This document shows positions 55,067 through 64,000 of a stretch of DNA of 64,000 bases, piece by piece; the first letter of the stretch is position 1, and each line of letters starts with the position of its first letter. The DNA lies in the IMG/VR virus record IMGVR_UViG_3300035034_001869, positions 7,929 to 71,928 of that record. The stretch is one strand, 5' to 3'. The notes beneath the pieces are model-generated. The model was not told the origin of the DNA. It worked only from the letters and a program-made list of their open reading frames with translations, and searched no databases. The DNA is from a virus. Made by a program: the position numbers and the translations under genes.

Positions 55067-58000
55067 ATGGCTGATGTTAAAAAAACGGTAGAAATTGCAT
55101 TAAATATTGTCGGGGCAGATACGAAGTCTACCCAAAAAGTAATTACTGCATTTGAAAAAATAACAAAGGCCGTGGATATTTCCACTACCTCTTTGAATAA
55201 TTTTCAGAAAGCCTTAAACTCAATTAAGGTACCCGCCTCCTTTGATACAATAGTTACATCGTTAAAACAGTTAGGCGGAATTAAAGCCCCAAATCTTGAT
55301 AATATTGCAAATGGTTTTAGAAAGTTGGGGGAGATGGGCACTCCCCCTGATTTGGCCCCGTTTGCTACACAATTAAAAAAACTTCAGGGTATTACTCTTC
55401 CAAATCTTGGTCAGATTGGAACCGGATTAAAAAATATCATGGAAACTCCTTTGAGTGGGTTTGCCCTGAAAGTAGGAACTCTTGAAAGTCAATTAAAAAG
55501 ATTACAAGGAATAACACTTCCAAATCTGTCCCAAGTCGGGACTGGTCTTCGATCTTTAATAAATACTCCGTTAAGTGGCCTTGCCCTGAAAATCGGAACT
55601 CTTGATAAAAATTTAAGAAGATTACAAGGTATTACTCTTCCTAATCTTGGTCAGATTGGAACAGGTCTTAGGGCTATAATGAATACCCCTTTGTCTGGTT
55701 TCAATATGAAAATTACCACCCTTGAAACTGGATTAAAAAGATTATCAGGAATAAATTTAGATAGTCTTGCATCAACTCTTCAAAATATTACAAAAATCAA
55801 TTTGGGCAAAGCAGGACTTCAGCTTAAAAAGATTGAGAAAAGTATTCAGGACGTTGGTACCACGGCACAATCTTCTGGATTACGTGTCAGAACCTTTGCC
55901 GATAAAGTAAGAACAGTTCTTCAATTTAGGGTTATTTCTGGAGTTATTCAGAATTTAAACCAAGCTTTCATGGCAGGAATAGATGCCATAGTCAGTTATG
56001 ATCAAGCATTAAAAGATCTTCAAGCAATTACTGGAGCAACATCTCTTGAAGTTGCTCAGATGGGGATAAAGATTCTGGAAGTAGCTTCTACCACTAAATT
56101 TTCTGCTTCTGAAGTTGCTGAAGGTATGCGAACAATTGGTCAGGCTGGTTTCTCAGCAAGTGAAGCTGTTCAAACTATGCAAGCTGTCTCTGATCTTGCT
56201 ACTGGCACGCTCTCTACGATGGGTTCTACAGTCGATTTAGTGACAACAGCTATGCGAGTATTCGGAATTGACGCATCTCAGTCTACAACGATTGTAGACA
56301 CTTTTGCAAATGCTGTTAATAAGTCAAAGCTCACAGTTGATAAATTAAGAACGGCAATGAATTATGTTGGACCAATTGCAAAAGCCGCAGGCATTAATTT
56401 TAAAGAACTGTCCGCCGCAATGGGAACATTAGCAAATTCAGGATTACGTGCATCAACAATGGGTACTGGTCTTAGACGTATATTTGCAGAGTTGGTAAGT
56501 CCTTCCAAAGCTTTGAAAGAAGCCGCAATGGAAGCTGGTGTTGCTTTGAATGAGCTTGACCCTACGTCCAACGGGTTAGCTTCTGTATTAGATAATTTGC
56601 AATTAGTTTTGGCGGATTCAGGAACAGCATTTGATATTTTTGGAAAACGTGGGGCCGCCGCCGCTCTTGCTTTAGTAAGTAATGATAGTGGTTTTAGAAC
56701 AATGCTTGATACCGTAAGTAAATCCGGAACTGCCGCAAGAATGGCCGCAATTCAAATGGAGGGTCTTGGTGTATCCTTCAAGAATTTAAGGGATAGACTC
56801 GGAGTTCTTGCAGTTGCGATAGGAAACGGTGGTGTTACGAACGCCATGAGATTATTTGTTGATATTGCTAAAGGCATGATTATTACTTTGACAACTTTGG
56901 CGGATACAACTTTTGGGAAATTGGTTATAAGTTTGACTGTTACCGCCGCCGCTGTAACTGCACTTATAGTTGTTTTTCAGAAATTAAAAATTGCCGCTGT
57001 GTTTACATCAATACTTACTGGATTACAACAAATATCATCTTTGGCTTTATTGGCTGAAACCTCCGTTCTTGGATTATTTAAAATTCTCGCATTAAATCCG
57101 TATGTTCTTGCAATAACAGGGTTGATTGGTTTGGCACTTGCTATTAATTCAGTAATGGGAAATACCAGAGAATTATCTGAAGAAGCGGCAAAACAAGCTG
57201 ATGATTACGGGGTTTTAACTGACGCTGTTAATAATTATCAGCAAAGTATAATTGGATTAAAACCTGGATCAAAAGAATTAAAAGAAGCAAATTTAGCTTT
57301 ACGGGATAGTTTATTAAAAACTAAAAATGAATTTACAGAACTTGCCAATGAGTCTTATGCTGTAATTGCCAGTATCGGGGCCGTTGACGGTGTGGTTAAG
57401 GAAGGTTCTGATGCCCTGGAAAAATATGCAGAAAAATTGGATTCTTTACAATATCAGAAATTAATAACCAGTTCAAATTTGGCAAATAAATCTTTGCAGG
57501 AACAAACTGGGTTTTTAAGCAGACTTGGTAATAAAATTAAAGATATGAATGCGGCTGATGGATTATCAGTTGTTGATAGAATTGCTTTTCTAAAAGAACA
57601 GGAAGCAGTTGAGGATTTTTCTAAAGCTCTTGCAAAAGGGGATGTTGGGTTTAAGAAGTTGTCTGATACAATTTCTGGATGGGATCATACGAGATTAACA
57701 AACCAACAAAAGGAAATAATTGCCGGATATGAATTTATTGACGAACAGTCCAGTAAGTTCATTGATCATTTGATTAAGACAAATAAGGTTGGTTTGGATG
57801 ATACGGTTGATAGTTTTATTAAATTAGCGAAAGATGCCGGACTTTCTGGTGCTTCTTTAGATGCTGTTGTTGAAAAACTTACTATTTTGAAAAAAGCTTC
57901 CTCAGAAGGTTTTTCAAATAGAATAGAAAAATGGGAAAAAGATACAAAAAATGCAGACGGTAGTTTATCTGATTATATTGAAACCTATTTGAAACTTGAG

Positions 58001-60424
58001 GGTGCCGCAACTGAAGCAGAAAAAAGAGAAGCAAATACCCTTAAAGCTTCACAAGCTAATTATATTGAAAAATTAAATAACGCAAAAGCACTCAGAGCGC
58101 AGGAAATTAAGGACGGCGTGTCAAGAACTCTTGCCGCTAAAAAATATTACGAAACAGAACGGCGGCTCGTATTAGAATCGGAATCAGTAGGAAAACAAGC
58201 CGCACAATCCAGACTGATTCAGAATGCAAAAATGCTTGCAAAACTGTCCGATGATCATCAAAATAATTTGGATTCAATCGCTCTAAAATATAAAAATAAT
58301 GAAGATCTGATTGAAAAATATAAAAGTGAAGCAATTGTTAAGTTTAAAGCAAAAGAAAAGAAATTATTAGAAGGTCAATCTATTGATTATTCTAAGATAA
58401 TTGAAGATTATAAAGAATCTCTTTCTGAAAGAGAAATAGCTTTTTCCAAGCATTTGGATAAAATTGCCGCAGATGAATCCAAGGGAGTTCTGACTTCAGA
58501 GGAAGCAAACGCCAAGAAATTAATTGATACTGTTAAATTTTATGATGAAGAATTACGGATTGCTACAGAAACACGAAAATTAATTGATAAGGCAGAAGCT
58601 CCGAACGAATATAAAAAGGCACAGGATGCAGAAGTTGCCGCAGAAAAGAAAAAATATACGGCGCTAACCAAAGCTCGTTATGATTTTAATAAAACCATAA
58701 CGAAAGCACAGGAAGAGATTGATGAATTAGGTGATAAATCAGTTGTTGAAGCTGGTAAATACAATCGTAAAATTGAAGATGAAAAAATATCTCATTTACA
58801 AAAACTGAAGGATATGGCAAAAAGCCATGCGAATAAAGTAGAGAGTATTAAAGAAGCATCAGCAGAAAAAATAATAGCTATTGATAAGAAAATTGCTGAC
58901 AATAAAAAAGGTTTAGAAGCAGAGCTTGTCAACCTTTCTGCATCCACTGAAGAAAAGCTTCGAAATGTTAGAAAGAAAGGAATGACTGATTCACAAAAAG
59001 ATGCAAGTGATCAAGCCGCCGCACAAAAATATATTGCAGAAGGCATTAAGCAAGTGGCCCAGGCAAGTAGAGACGGTGATGCCGAGGCCCTTGCTTCAGG
59101 GGTTGATAGAATAAAACAAGGCGAATCTATTGCCACTGGTTTAAAGAGTCAAAGAACTGCCACAGATCTTCTTAACAAAGCTCTTGGTGGATTAAAAGAT
59201 GCCGCTAAAACGAAAGCCAGATTAAAAGATATTGAATTACTGAAAAAGAAAGAGGAAGAATTGGCAAAAACTTCCAAAAAACTTTCGGATGAGGATGCTA
59301 AATATAAAGATAAAACTGATGCGGCTGTAAATTCTTATGATGCAATAATTGCCGAAGAAAATAGAAGGCATAACACAGTAATGGCCAATACTGCCAAAGA
59401 GCAAATTGCTGAGAACGAAAAAACCGCCCAAGCATTGAGAAATTTACAAAGCTTAGATCCTTCAATTGATAATTCTAAGCAATTGGCTGTTATCAGCAAA
59501 GATACAGAGGCACTAAAAAGTAAATTATTGGTTTTGGCAGAAACAGACACTACAATAAAGAAACTTGTAGGCTCCACTGAAAATTTTGAAGCTACTAATA
59601 AGAAATTTATGAGTGGTTGGAGAGATACAGAGGATGCAATTAAGGGTTCTGCTGATGCCATAAATTCTGCCGCAAGTGCAACGGATGCTTCAGCGTCAAA
59701 GTTTGATTCATTGGCCGATAAAGCGGATAATATGGGGTCCGCTTTAAATGAGGCTTTGTCATCAAATGATATTGAAGGTGGAATATCTGAGTATGTAAAA
59801 AGTTTGGGAATAATTGAGGATAAGGTTGATAATGTAAAGGTTTCCGCTGATGAATTAGACGGGATGAGCATTGAACCAAAAGTAGATGAAAATGATAAAT
59901 TGAGACAATTGGGAGAAACAATTGAGTCTCTTACCTTTAAAGATCATATTATAAATATTATTTTTAAATTTACTGGTGTTGACAAACTTGATGCTGTAAT
60001 CACATCAGTTGAAAAATTGATAAAATTAGCAAAGAACCCTATTACATTTAAACTTCAAACTCAAGGATCTGCTCCCAAAATAATATCTGCCGCAAGTGGA
60101 GCAAGAATACCTGGGTTTGGTGGCGGTGATAGACGTCCAGCATTATTAGAAGATGGCGAATGGGTTATAAATAAGTTTGCTGTTAGAAAGTTTGGTGATA
60201 GTTTTATGAATAGCATAAACAGCATGACATTGCCAAAGTTTGCCACTGGTGGAAGAGTATCAATGCCAACTTCATCAAAATCTAATTCGCCTTTCGGAAA
60301 TCTTGGTAATTTTGGGACCGTGACATTAGATACGGGAACAGCAAAGATTCCAGTGATAATGCAAAAAGATGTTGTCGGTCAATTAACTTCTCATTTAAAT
60401 AATTTAAAAAGGTTTTCAACTTGA
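55067..60424 (+). CDS. Tape measure protein (TP901-type core)
   Basis: 1785 aa helical protein with TKFSASEVAEGM, NSGLRASTMGTGLR and IFGKRG. Confidence 0.95.
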   Translation: MADVKKTVEIALNIVGADTKSTQKVITAFEKITKAVDISTTSLNNFQKALNSIKVPASFDTIVTSLKQLGGIKAPNLDNIANGFRKLGEMGTPPDLAPFATQLKKLQGITLPNLGQIGTGLKNIMETPLSGFALKVGTLESQLKRLQGITLPNLSQVGTGLRSLINTPLSGLALKIGTLDKNLRRLQGITLPNLGQIGTGLRAIMNTPLSGFNMKITTLETGLKRLSGINLDSLASTLQNITKINLGKAGLQLKKIEKSIQDVGTTAQSSGLRVRTFADKVRTVLQFRVISGVIQNLNQAFMAGIDAIVSYDQALKDLQAITGATSLEVAQMGIKILEVASTTKFSASEVAEGMRTIGQAGFSASEAVQTMQAVSDLATGTLSTMGSTVDLVTTAMRVFGIDASQSTTIVDTFANAVNKSKLTVDKLRTAMNYVGPIAKAAGINFKELSAAMGTLANSGLRASTMGTGLRRIFAELVSPSKALKEAAMEAGVALNELDPTSNGLASVLDNLQLVLADSGTAFDIFGKRGAAAALALVSNDSGFRTMLDTVSKSGTAARMAAIQMEGLGVSFKNLRDRLGVLAVAIGNGGVTNAMRLFVDIAKGMIITLTTLADTTFGKLVISLTVTAAAVTALIVVFQKLKIAAVFTSILTGLQQISSLALLAETSVLGLFKILALNPYVLAITGLIGLALAINSVMGNTRELSEEAAKQADDYGVLTDAVNNYQQSIIGLKPGSKELKEANLALRDSLLKTKNEFTELANESYAVIASIGAVDGVVKEGSDALEKYAEKLDSLQYQKLITSSNLANKSLQEQTGFLSRLGNKIKDMNAADGLSVVDRIAFLKEQEAVEDFSKALAKGDVGFKKLSDTISGWDHTRLTNQQKEIIAGYEFIDEQSSKFIDHLIKTNKVGLDDTVDSFIKLAKDAGLSGASLDAVVEKLTILKKASSEGFSNRIEKWEKDTKNADGSLSDYIETYLKLEGAATEAEKREANTLKASQANYIEKLNNAKALRAQEIKDGVSRTLAAKKYYETERRLVLESESVGKQAAQSRLIQNAKMLAKLSDDHQNNLDSIALKYKNNEDLIEKYKSEAIVKFKAKEKKLLEGQSIDYSKIIEDYKESLSEREIAFSKHLDKIAADESKGVLTSEEANAKKLIDTVKFYDEELRIATETRKLIDKAEAPNEYKKAQDAEVAAEKKKYTALTKARYDFNKTITKAQEEIDELGDKSVVEAGKYNRKIEDEKISHLQKLKDMAKSHANKVESIKEASAEKIIAIDKKIADNKKGLEAELVNLSASTEEKLRNVRKKGMTDSQKDASDQAAAQKYIAEGIKQVAQASRDGDAEALASGVDRIKQGESIATGLKSQRTATDLLNKALGGLKDAAKTKARLKDIELLKKKEEELAKTSKKLSDEDAKYKDKTDAAVNSYDAIIAEENRRHNTVMANTAKEQIAENEKTAQALRNLQSLDPSIDNSKQLAVISKDTEALKSKLLVLAETDTTIKKLVGSTENFEATNKKFMSGWRDTEDAIKGSADAINSAASATDASASKFDSLADKADNMGSALNEALSSNDIEGGISEYVKSLGIIEDKVDNVKVSADELDGMSIEPKVDENDKLRQLGETIESLTFKDHIINIIFKFTGVDKLDAVITSVEKLIKLAKNPITFKLQTQGSAPKIISAASGARIPGFGGGDRRPALLEDGEWVINKFAVRKFGDSFMNSINSMTLPKFATGGRVSMPTSSKSNSPFGNLGNFGTVTLDTGTAKIPVIMQKDVVGQLTSHLNNLKRFST
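55381..55750 (+). repeat. 120-bp (40-aa) tandem repeat, three copies, in the tape measure N-terminus
   Basis: LQGITLPNLGQIGTGL...TPLSG...TL repeated at a 120-bp period. Confidence 0.85.
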
Positions 60425-60981
60425 GCATGAAAAATCTAACACATGAAGAATTGCTTAGGCAATTGGATTATAATCCAATAACTGGCCTTTTCTATTGGAA
60501 AAGTACAAATTCTAAAAGAGTAAAAGTAGGTGATGTTGCTGGTACATTTAAAAGAAAAGATGGATATGTTATAATAATAATTAATGGTACAGGACATAAA
60601 GCCCATCGTCTTGCTTGGTTTTATGTTCATGGGTATGATTCAGAGTATTCAATTGATCATTTTCCAGACAGGAATAAACACCATAATTGGATTTCTAATT
60701 TAAGAGAAGCCTCAAGTCAATGCCAAACAAGAAATCAAGGAGATAGAAAAGACAATACTTCTGGTGTCAAAGGAGTAAGTTTGAATAAACGAGAAAATAA
60801 GTGGAAAGCATATATTGAAATAAATCAAAAACGAAAACATCTTGGAACTTTTGAAAATTTTGATGAAGCTGTTTGTACCAGATTAGCTGGTGAGCAGTGT
60901 GTTAATTGGGAAGAAAGTGATCCAAATAGTCCTGCATATCAATATGTTAAAAAAAATATTTTTAAAGAGGTATTTGTATGA
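60421..60981 (+). CDS. HNH homing endonuclease with AP2-like C-terminus
   Basis: LDYNPITGLF, KAHRLAW, IDH...NWISNLRE and NTSGVKGV...HLGTF. Confidence 0.9.
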   Translation: MSMKNLTHEELLRQLDYNPITGLFYWKSTNSKRVKVGDVAGTFKRKDGYVIIIINGTGHKAHRLAWFYVHGYDSEYSIDHFPDRNKHHNWISNLREASSQCQTRNQGDRKDNTSGVKGVSLNKRENKWKAYIEINQKRKHLGTFENFDEAVCTRLAGEQCVNWEESDPNSPAYQYVKKNIFKEVFV

Positions 60982-61358
60982 TAACATTAAACGGGGTAAC
61001 TCTAAGTGAGGATTTATTGTGGGAAAATGAGTTTGATAATCCCACAATTTCTCAGAACATAAAAAGAACTCTTTTGGGTGTTCAGATTGTTCAGAATATG
61101 CCTTTGGTTGGAGGACGTGTGATTAATTTGTCCGCCATTGCAAGTGGATCGGAGTATTCTGGGTTTTTTACAAGATCACAGATCCAAGAATTTAAAAATT
61201 TAGAGGAAGCGGGAATGTCTGTTGTCTTTCATTATGAAGGACAGGAATTTAATGTGGTAGTACAGGCAGAAGGTGTACAAGTTCAGTCATTGATTCCCAG
61301 ACCAAATCATGATACAACTGATCTTTATTCAGGCACACTAATTTTAATAGAAGTTTAG
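60978..61358 (+). CDS. Distal tail-like protein
   Basis: LSEDLLWENEF...RTLLG...GRVINL; position after the tape measure gene. Confidence 0.65.
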   Translation: MITLNGVTLSEDLLWENEFDNPTISQNIKRTLLGVQIVQNMPLVGGRVINLSAIASGSEYSGFFTRSQIQEFKNLEEAGMSVVFHYEGQEFNVVVQAEGVQVQSLIPRPNHDTTDLYSGTLILIEV

Positions 61359-61370
61359 GGGGATTTTAAA

Positions 61371-62414
61371 ATGGCAATAGTAGATGCAGAACTCACAATG
61401 AGAAAAAGTTTAGTGGTAAGTGATGTAGCGGCTAATGGTGGGTTGATGAATAATTTATCAGCAGGTCTTGTGACTTCTGGAGTGGTTAATAATGTATGGC
61501 CTTCTGTTTTTAAAGCGGAACGTCTTGCAGGATCAACCAAATACAGAAAAACATTTTTGAAAGTTGCCAATGATTCGGATGAGACTTTGTTCAATCCTCA
61601 GATCTGGATGGATATCATTACTCAGGGTGATGATTGGCAGGTATTTTTCCCTGGAACTCAAACAGATATTCAAAGTGACATTGATGGATCTGAGGCTTGT
61701 TACGGATGTGCCGCTTTACAAGCAAACATTGCGGCTGGTGTTTCCTCTTTCACCGTTACCGTTGAAGATACCTCTCTTGTTCCAGGTGGTGCTGATGAGA
61801 TTTTCAGAGACGGTGATACAATTAGGATCACCAATAAGGATAACCCCTCGTCTGTAACTGGCACGGAAGAAGATCTTGTTATCAGTGGAACTCCCTCTGT
61901 TTCTGGAAGTGATGTAACTATCACTATTACGGGAACTACGGCCAATGCGTATAACACGGATGACAATACCAATGGAACAAGGGTCATGTCAATTCTTGAA
62001 CCAGCAGATATTGCGTGTGCATACTCTTCTTTTGTTGATACTGTGGCCGGTACTGGTGCTTATGACGATGCCACTTATCCTCCGATTATGGATAATATTG
62101 GAACGATTGATCAGACAATTACTATCACTTTTACTGATGCCACAAACTTTACAGCGGCATCAAATGTTTCCGGTGTTACTTTAACTGGAGGAGCTATTGG
62201 AACTAATTATGCTCCCAGTAACCCCACTTTTACAAAACCGTATTTTACGCTTGAAACTGCTGGTTTTTCAGGAACCTGGGCGAACGGAGATACTATTGTT
62301 TTTCACACTTCTCCAGCCGCTTATGCAATTTGGCAGAAAAGGGTTGTTCCAGCCGCCGCATCATCTTTGACAGGGAATAAAGCTGTGGTAGTTTTTTCTG
62401 GGGAAAGTGCTTAG
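61371..62414 (+). CDS. Tail tip / baseplate structural protein
   Basis: NGGLM, NNVWPSV...ERLAGSTKYRKTF and AIWQKRVVP; beta-rich. Confidence 0.75.
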   Translation: MAIVDAELTMRKSLVVSDVAANGGLMNNLSAGLVTSGVVNNVWPSVFKAERLAGSTKYRKTFLKVANDSDETLFNPQIWMDIITQGDDWQVFFPGTQTDIQSDIDGSEACYGCAALQANIAAGVSSFTVTVEDTSLVPGGADEIFRDGDTIRITNKDNPSSVTGTEEDLVISGTPSVSGSDVTITITGTTANAYNTDDNTNGTRVMSILEPADIACAYSSFVDTVAGTGAYDDATYPPIMDNIGTIDQTITITFTDATNFTAASNVSGVTLTGGAIGTNYAPSNPTFTKPYFTLETAGFSGTWANGDTIVFHTSPAAYAIWQKRVVPAAASSLTGNKAVVVFSGESA

Positions 62415-62435
62415 GATTTATAAAAGGAATATGTA

Positions 62436-63266
62436 ATGGATACTTCCATAACTGTAAATTTTAATGATCCAGATGAAGTTGCTGGGTTACGTGATCTTCT
62501 GATTATAGAGCAGAAAGAGTGGGTAAACACTATAGGAAAAATTAAAATGTCCGATTTTTACAATTTTTCCTATAGTATACTTGCCAGCAAAGCTTATGAA
62601 AACTCGATTGATTGTGGATTAGACTCTGATGGGTCTTGTACTTCTCTTATTTACGTTTACCCGAGAATAGTAAATTTAGCTTATCAGATGTGCGCCAGTT
62701 ATGGATTTTTATCAAGTAGACAAATTGATGATTTTAATCACAAGGAATTGATCAGTTTCAATATCGCAAAGAAAGCGTATTTAACCTATTCACCCTCTGG
62801 TAATACTTCATACTCTTGGTTAGGTTCCGTTTATGACTCTGCTGGAAATGTGAGATCCTCCCCAAATGTTTCAATAGATGAATTTGGGCATATTGTTTTG
62901 TCTGAAAAAGTATATGGAACTTTGAAAGTTGACTACCCTCTTCAACGCCATGTTTACACATTAACAGTTGAACCAAGAGGATCAGGCACGGACATGTTTG
63001 GTGCAGTCGTTTATGGGCTTTATGATGGTGGGTTGTCTTGGCTGGAAATAAGCAATCCGCCAGACATTGACGAAGTATCTGGAGGATCTGTAGTGTGCGG
63101 AGGCATGAATTATAGTATGTCCGATGATGAATATGATCCTAATCCTGAGGATGAGTCCCCTCTTGATGCTCCTGAAGTAAATAGGAGAATAGTTTATGAT
63201 TATTGTTCTCAGGTTCTTATAAGTGATGAGACAACCTACAACGGTATTATGCCCGGACAAGGATAA
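62436..63266 (+). CDS. Tail tip protein
   Basis: Position in the tail module; paralog of the next gene. Confidence 0.7.
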   Translation: MDTSITVNFNDPDEVAGLRDLLIIEQKEWVNTIGKIKMSDFYNFSYSILASKAYENSIDCGLDSDGSCTSLIYVYPRIVNLAYQMCASYGFLSSRQIDDFNHKELISFNIAKKAYLTYSPSGNTSYSWLGSVYDSAGNVRSSPNVSIDEFGHIVLSEKVYGTLKVDYPLQRHVYTLTVEPRGSGTDMFGAVVYGLYDGGLSWLEISNPPDIDEVSGGSVVCGGMNYSMSDDEYDPNPEDESPLDAPEVNRRIVYDYCSQVLISDETTYNGIMPGQG

Positions 63267-63329
63267 AGATATACTCTACTATCAGAAATAGTTAAACCTG
63301 TCTTAAATCGACAAGGAACGTACAACAAC

Positions 63330-64000
63330 ATGACTTTAAACAAAGATATAACAGTTAAGTTTGAAGATGATTCATTTGAAGGGTCTGGGTATCGTACTTG
63401 GATCAAAATGGAACAGGTTTCTATTTCTGAGACTTCTAACACCGCTGACTTGTATGATATTTTTCAAATGATGGGCAGTGCCGCTTCTGGATTAACTTCC
63501 CGTTCGTACACTCCTGAAGGGCTTGATTATGTCAGATTTCAAGGCAATAATATTCTTATTGATTTAGATTTTTGGGTCTTTCCTTCTGATTTAGATTTGG
63601 CTTATTCTTTGAAAATAAACCAAGGAACTATAAGCGGCAAATCCTTTGAAGATGTTCCAAAAACCGGAAATATAGTTGTTCCGTTATCAAGACAGGTGCA
63701 GTTAGAATATTTAATCAATGAAGCCTCTGCCTCTTTGTCATGGGAAACCCCAGTTTATAATGATATTGGTAATGTTTTAGCCAATCCTGAAATTATTATT
63801 GATGGACCATATATTGAATTTGATCAAAAAGTTTTTGGGATTATAAGAGCGAACATAGCGGCTAAAGGATATAGATATACAGCTACTTTATCTTTTCCTA
63901 AAACGGAGCAAGAAGATGTTTCCTGGATGATTAGAGATCAAACGACATTTGCGTCCATCAAAAATGTTAAGGCCAGTGTAATTTGTTCTTATAAAGATGA
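63330..64000 (+). CDS. Tail tip protein, paralog of the previous gene (truncated by window end)
   Basis: Read manually: MTLNKDITVKFEDD... stays open to the window end; SWETPVYNDIGNV aligns with SWLGSVYDSAGNV. Confidence 0.75.
   Translation, partial: MTLNKDITVKFEDDSFEGSGYRTWIKMEQVSISETSNTADLYDIFQMMGSAASGLTSRSYTPEGLDYVRFQGNNILIDLDFWVFPSDLDLAYSLKINQGTISGKSFEDVPKTGNIVVPLSRQVQLEYLINEASASLSWETPVYNDIGNVLANPEIIIDGPYIEFDQKVFGIIRANIAAKGYRYTATLSFPKTEQEDVSWMIRDQTTFASIKNVKASVICSYKD

Noticed and set aside
60421-60981. HNH gene as part of an intron or a novel system
   Set aside because: It is free-standing between intact genes with overlapping stop/start codons, typical of a phage homing endonuclease, and no group I intron core was seen.
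63264-63329. Stop-codon readthrough or genetic-code reassignment fusing the two tail-tip genes
   Set aside because: The stop is TAA, the second gene has its own ATG with an N-terminus paralogous to the first, and all large genes are intact under code 11.
1-64000. Integrase/repressor lysogeny module, reverse transcriptase (DGR or retron), lysis cassette
   Set aside because: No recognisable motifs in this window; they may lie elsewhere in the genome.

Overview
This is a 64-kb segment of an AT-rich tailed dsDNA phage (siphovirus-type morphogenesis genes, standard genetic code). It has two divergent arms split by an AT-rich, repeat-dense non-coding region at about 41.8-43.8 kb. The left arm (minus strand) carries many small early genes and then a complete replication and recombination module: SF2 helicase, primase, putative initiator, DnaB, an ABC-ATPase/GNAT fusion, beta clamp, UDG-fused PolA, clamp loader, UvsY, SSB, RecA and a 5'-3' exonuclease. 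The right arm (plus strand) carries TerS, TerL, portal, scaffold, P22-type capsid, neck and tail genes, a frameshifted tail chaperone, tape measure, an HNH gene and tail-tip genes. The best candidate for an undescribed system is a self-contained unit at 7.7-9.05 kb. It consists of a sigma70 promoter, an uncharacterised coiled-coil protein, a ~330-nt structured RNA with short AG-led repeats and a circularly permuted (YrlA-like) tRNA-like domain, an atypical tRNA with anticodon AUA, and a terminator. Other unexplained signals are RBS-occluding long leader hairpins, a dispersed fixed-spacing DNA element, a 17-bp palindrome array, a boxA-bearing early leader and duplicated intergenic cassettes. 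All family assignments come from motif recognition by eye, not from database searches.
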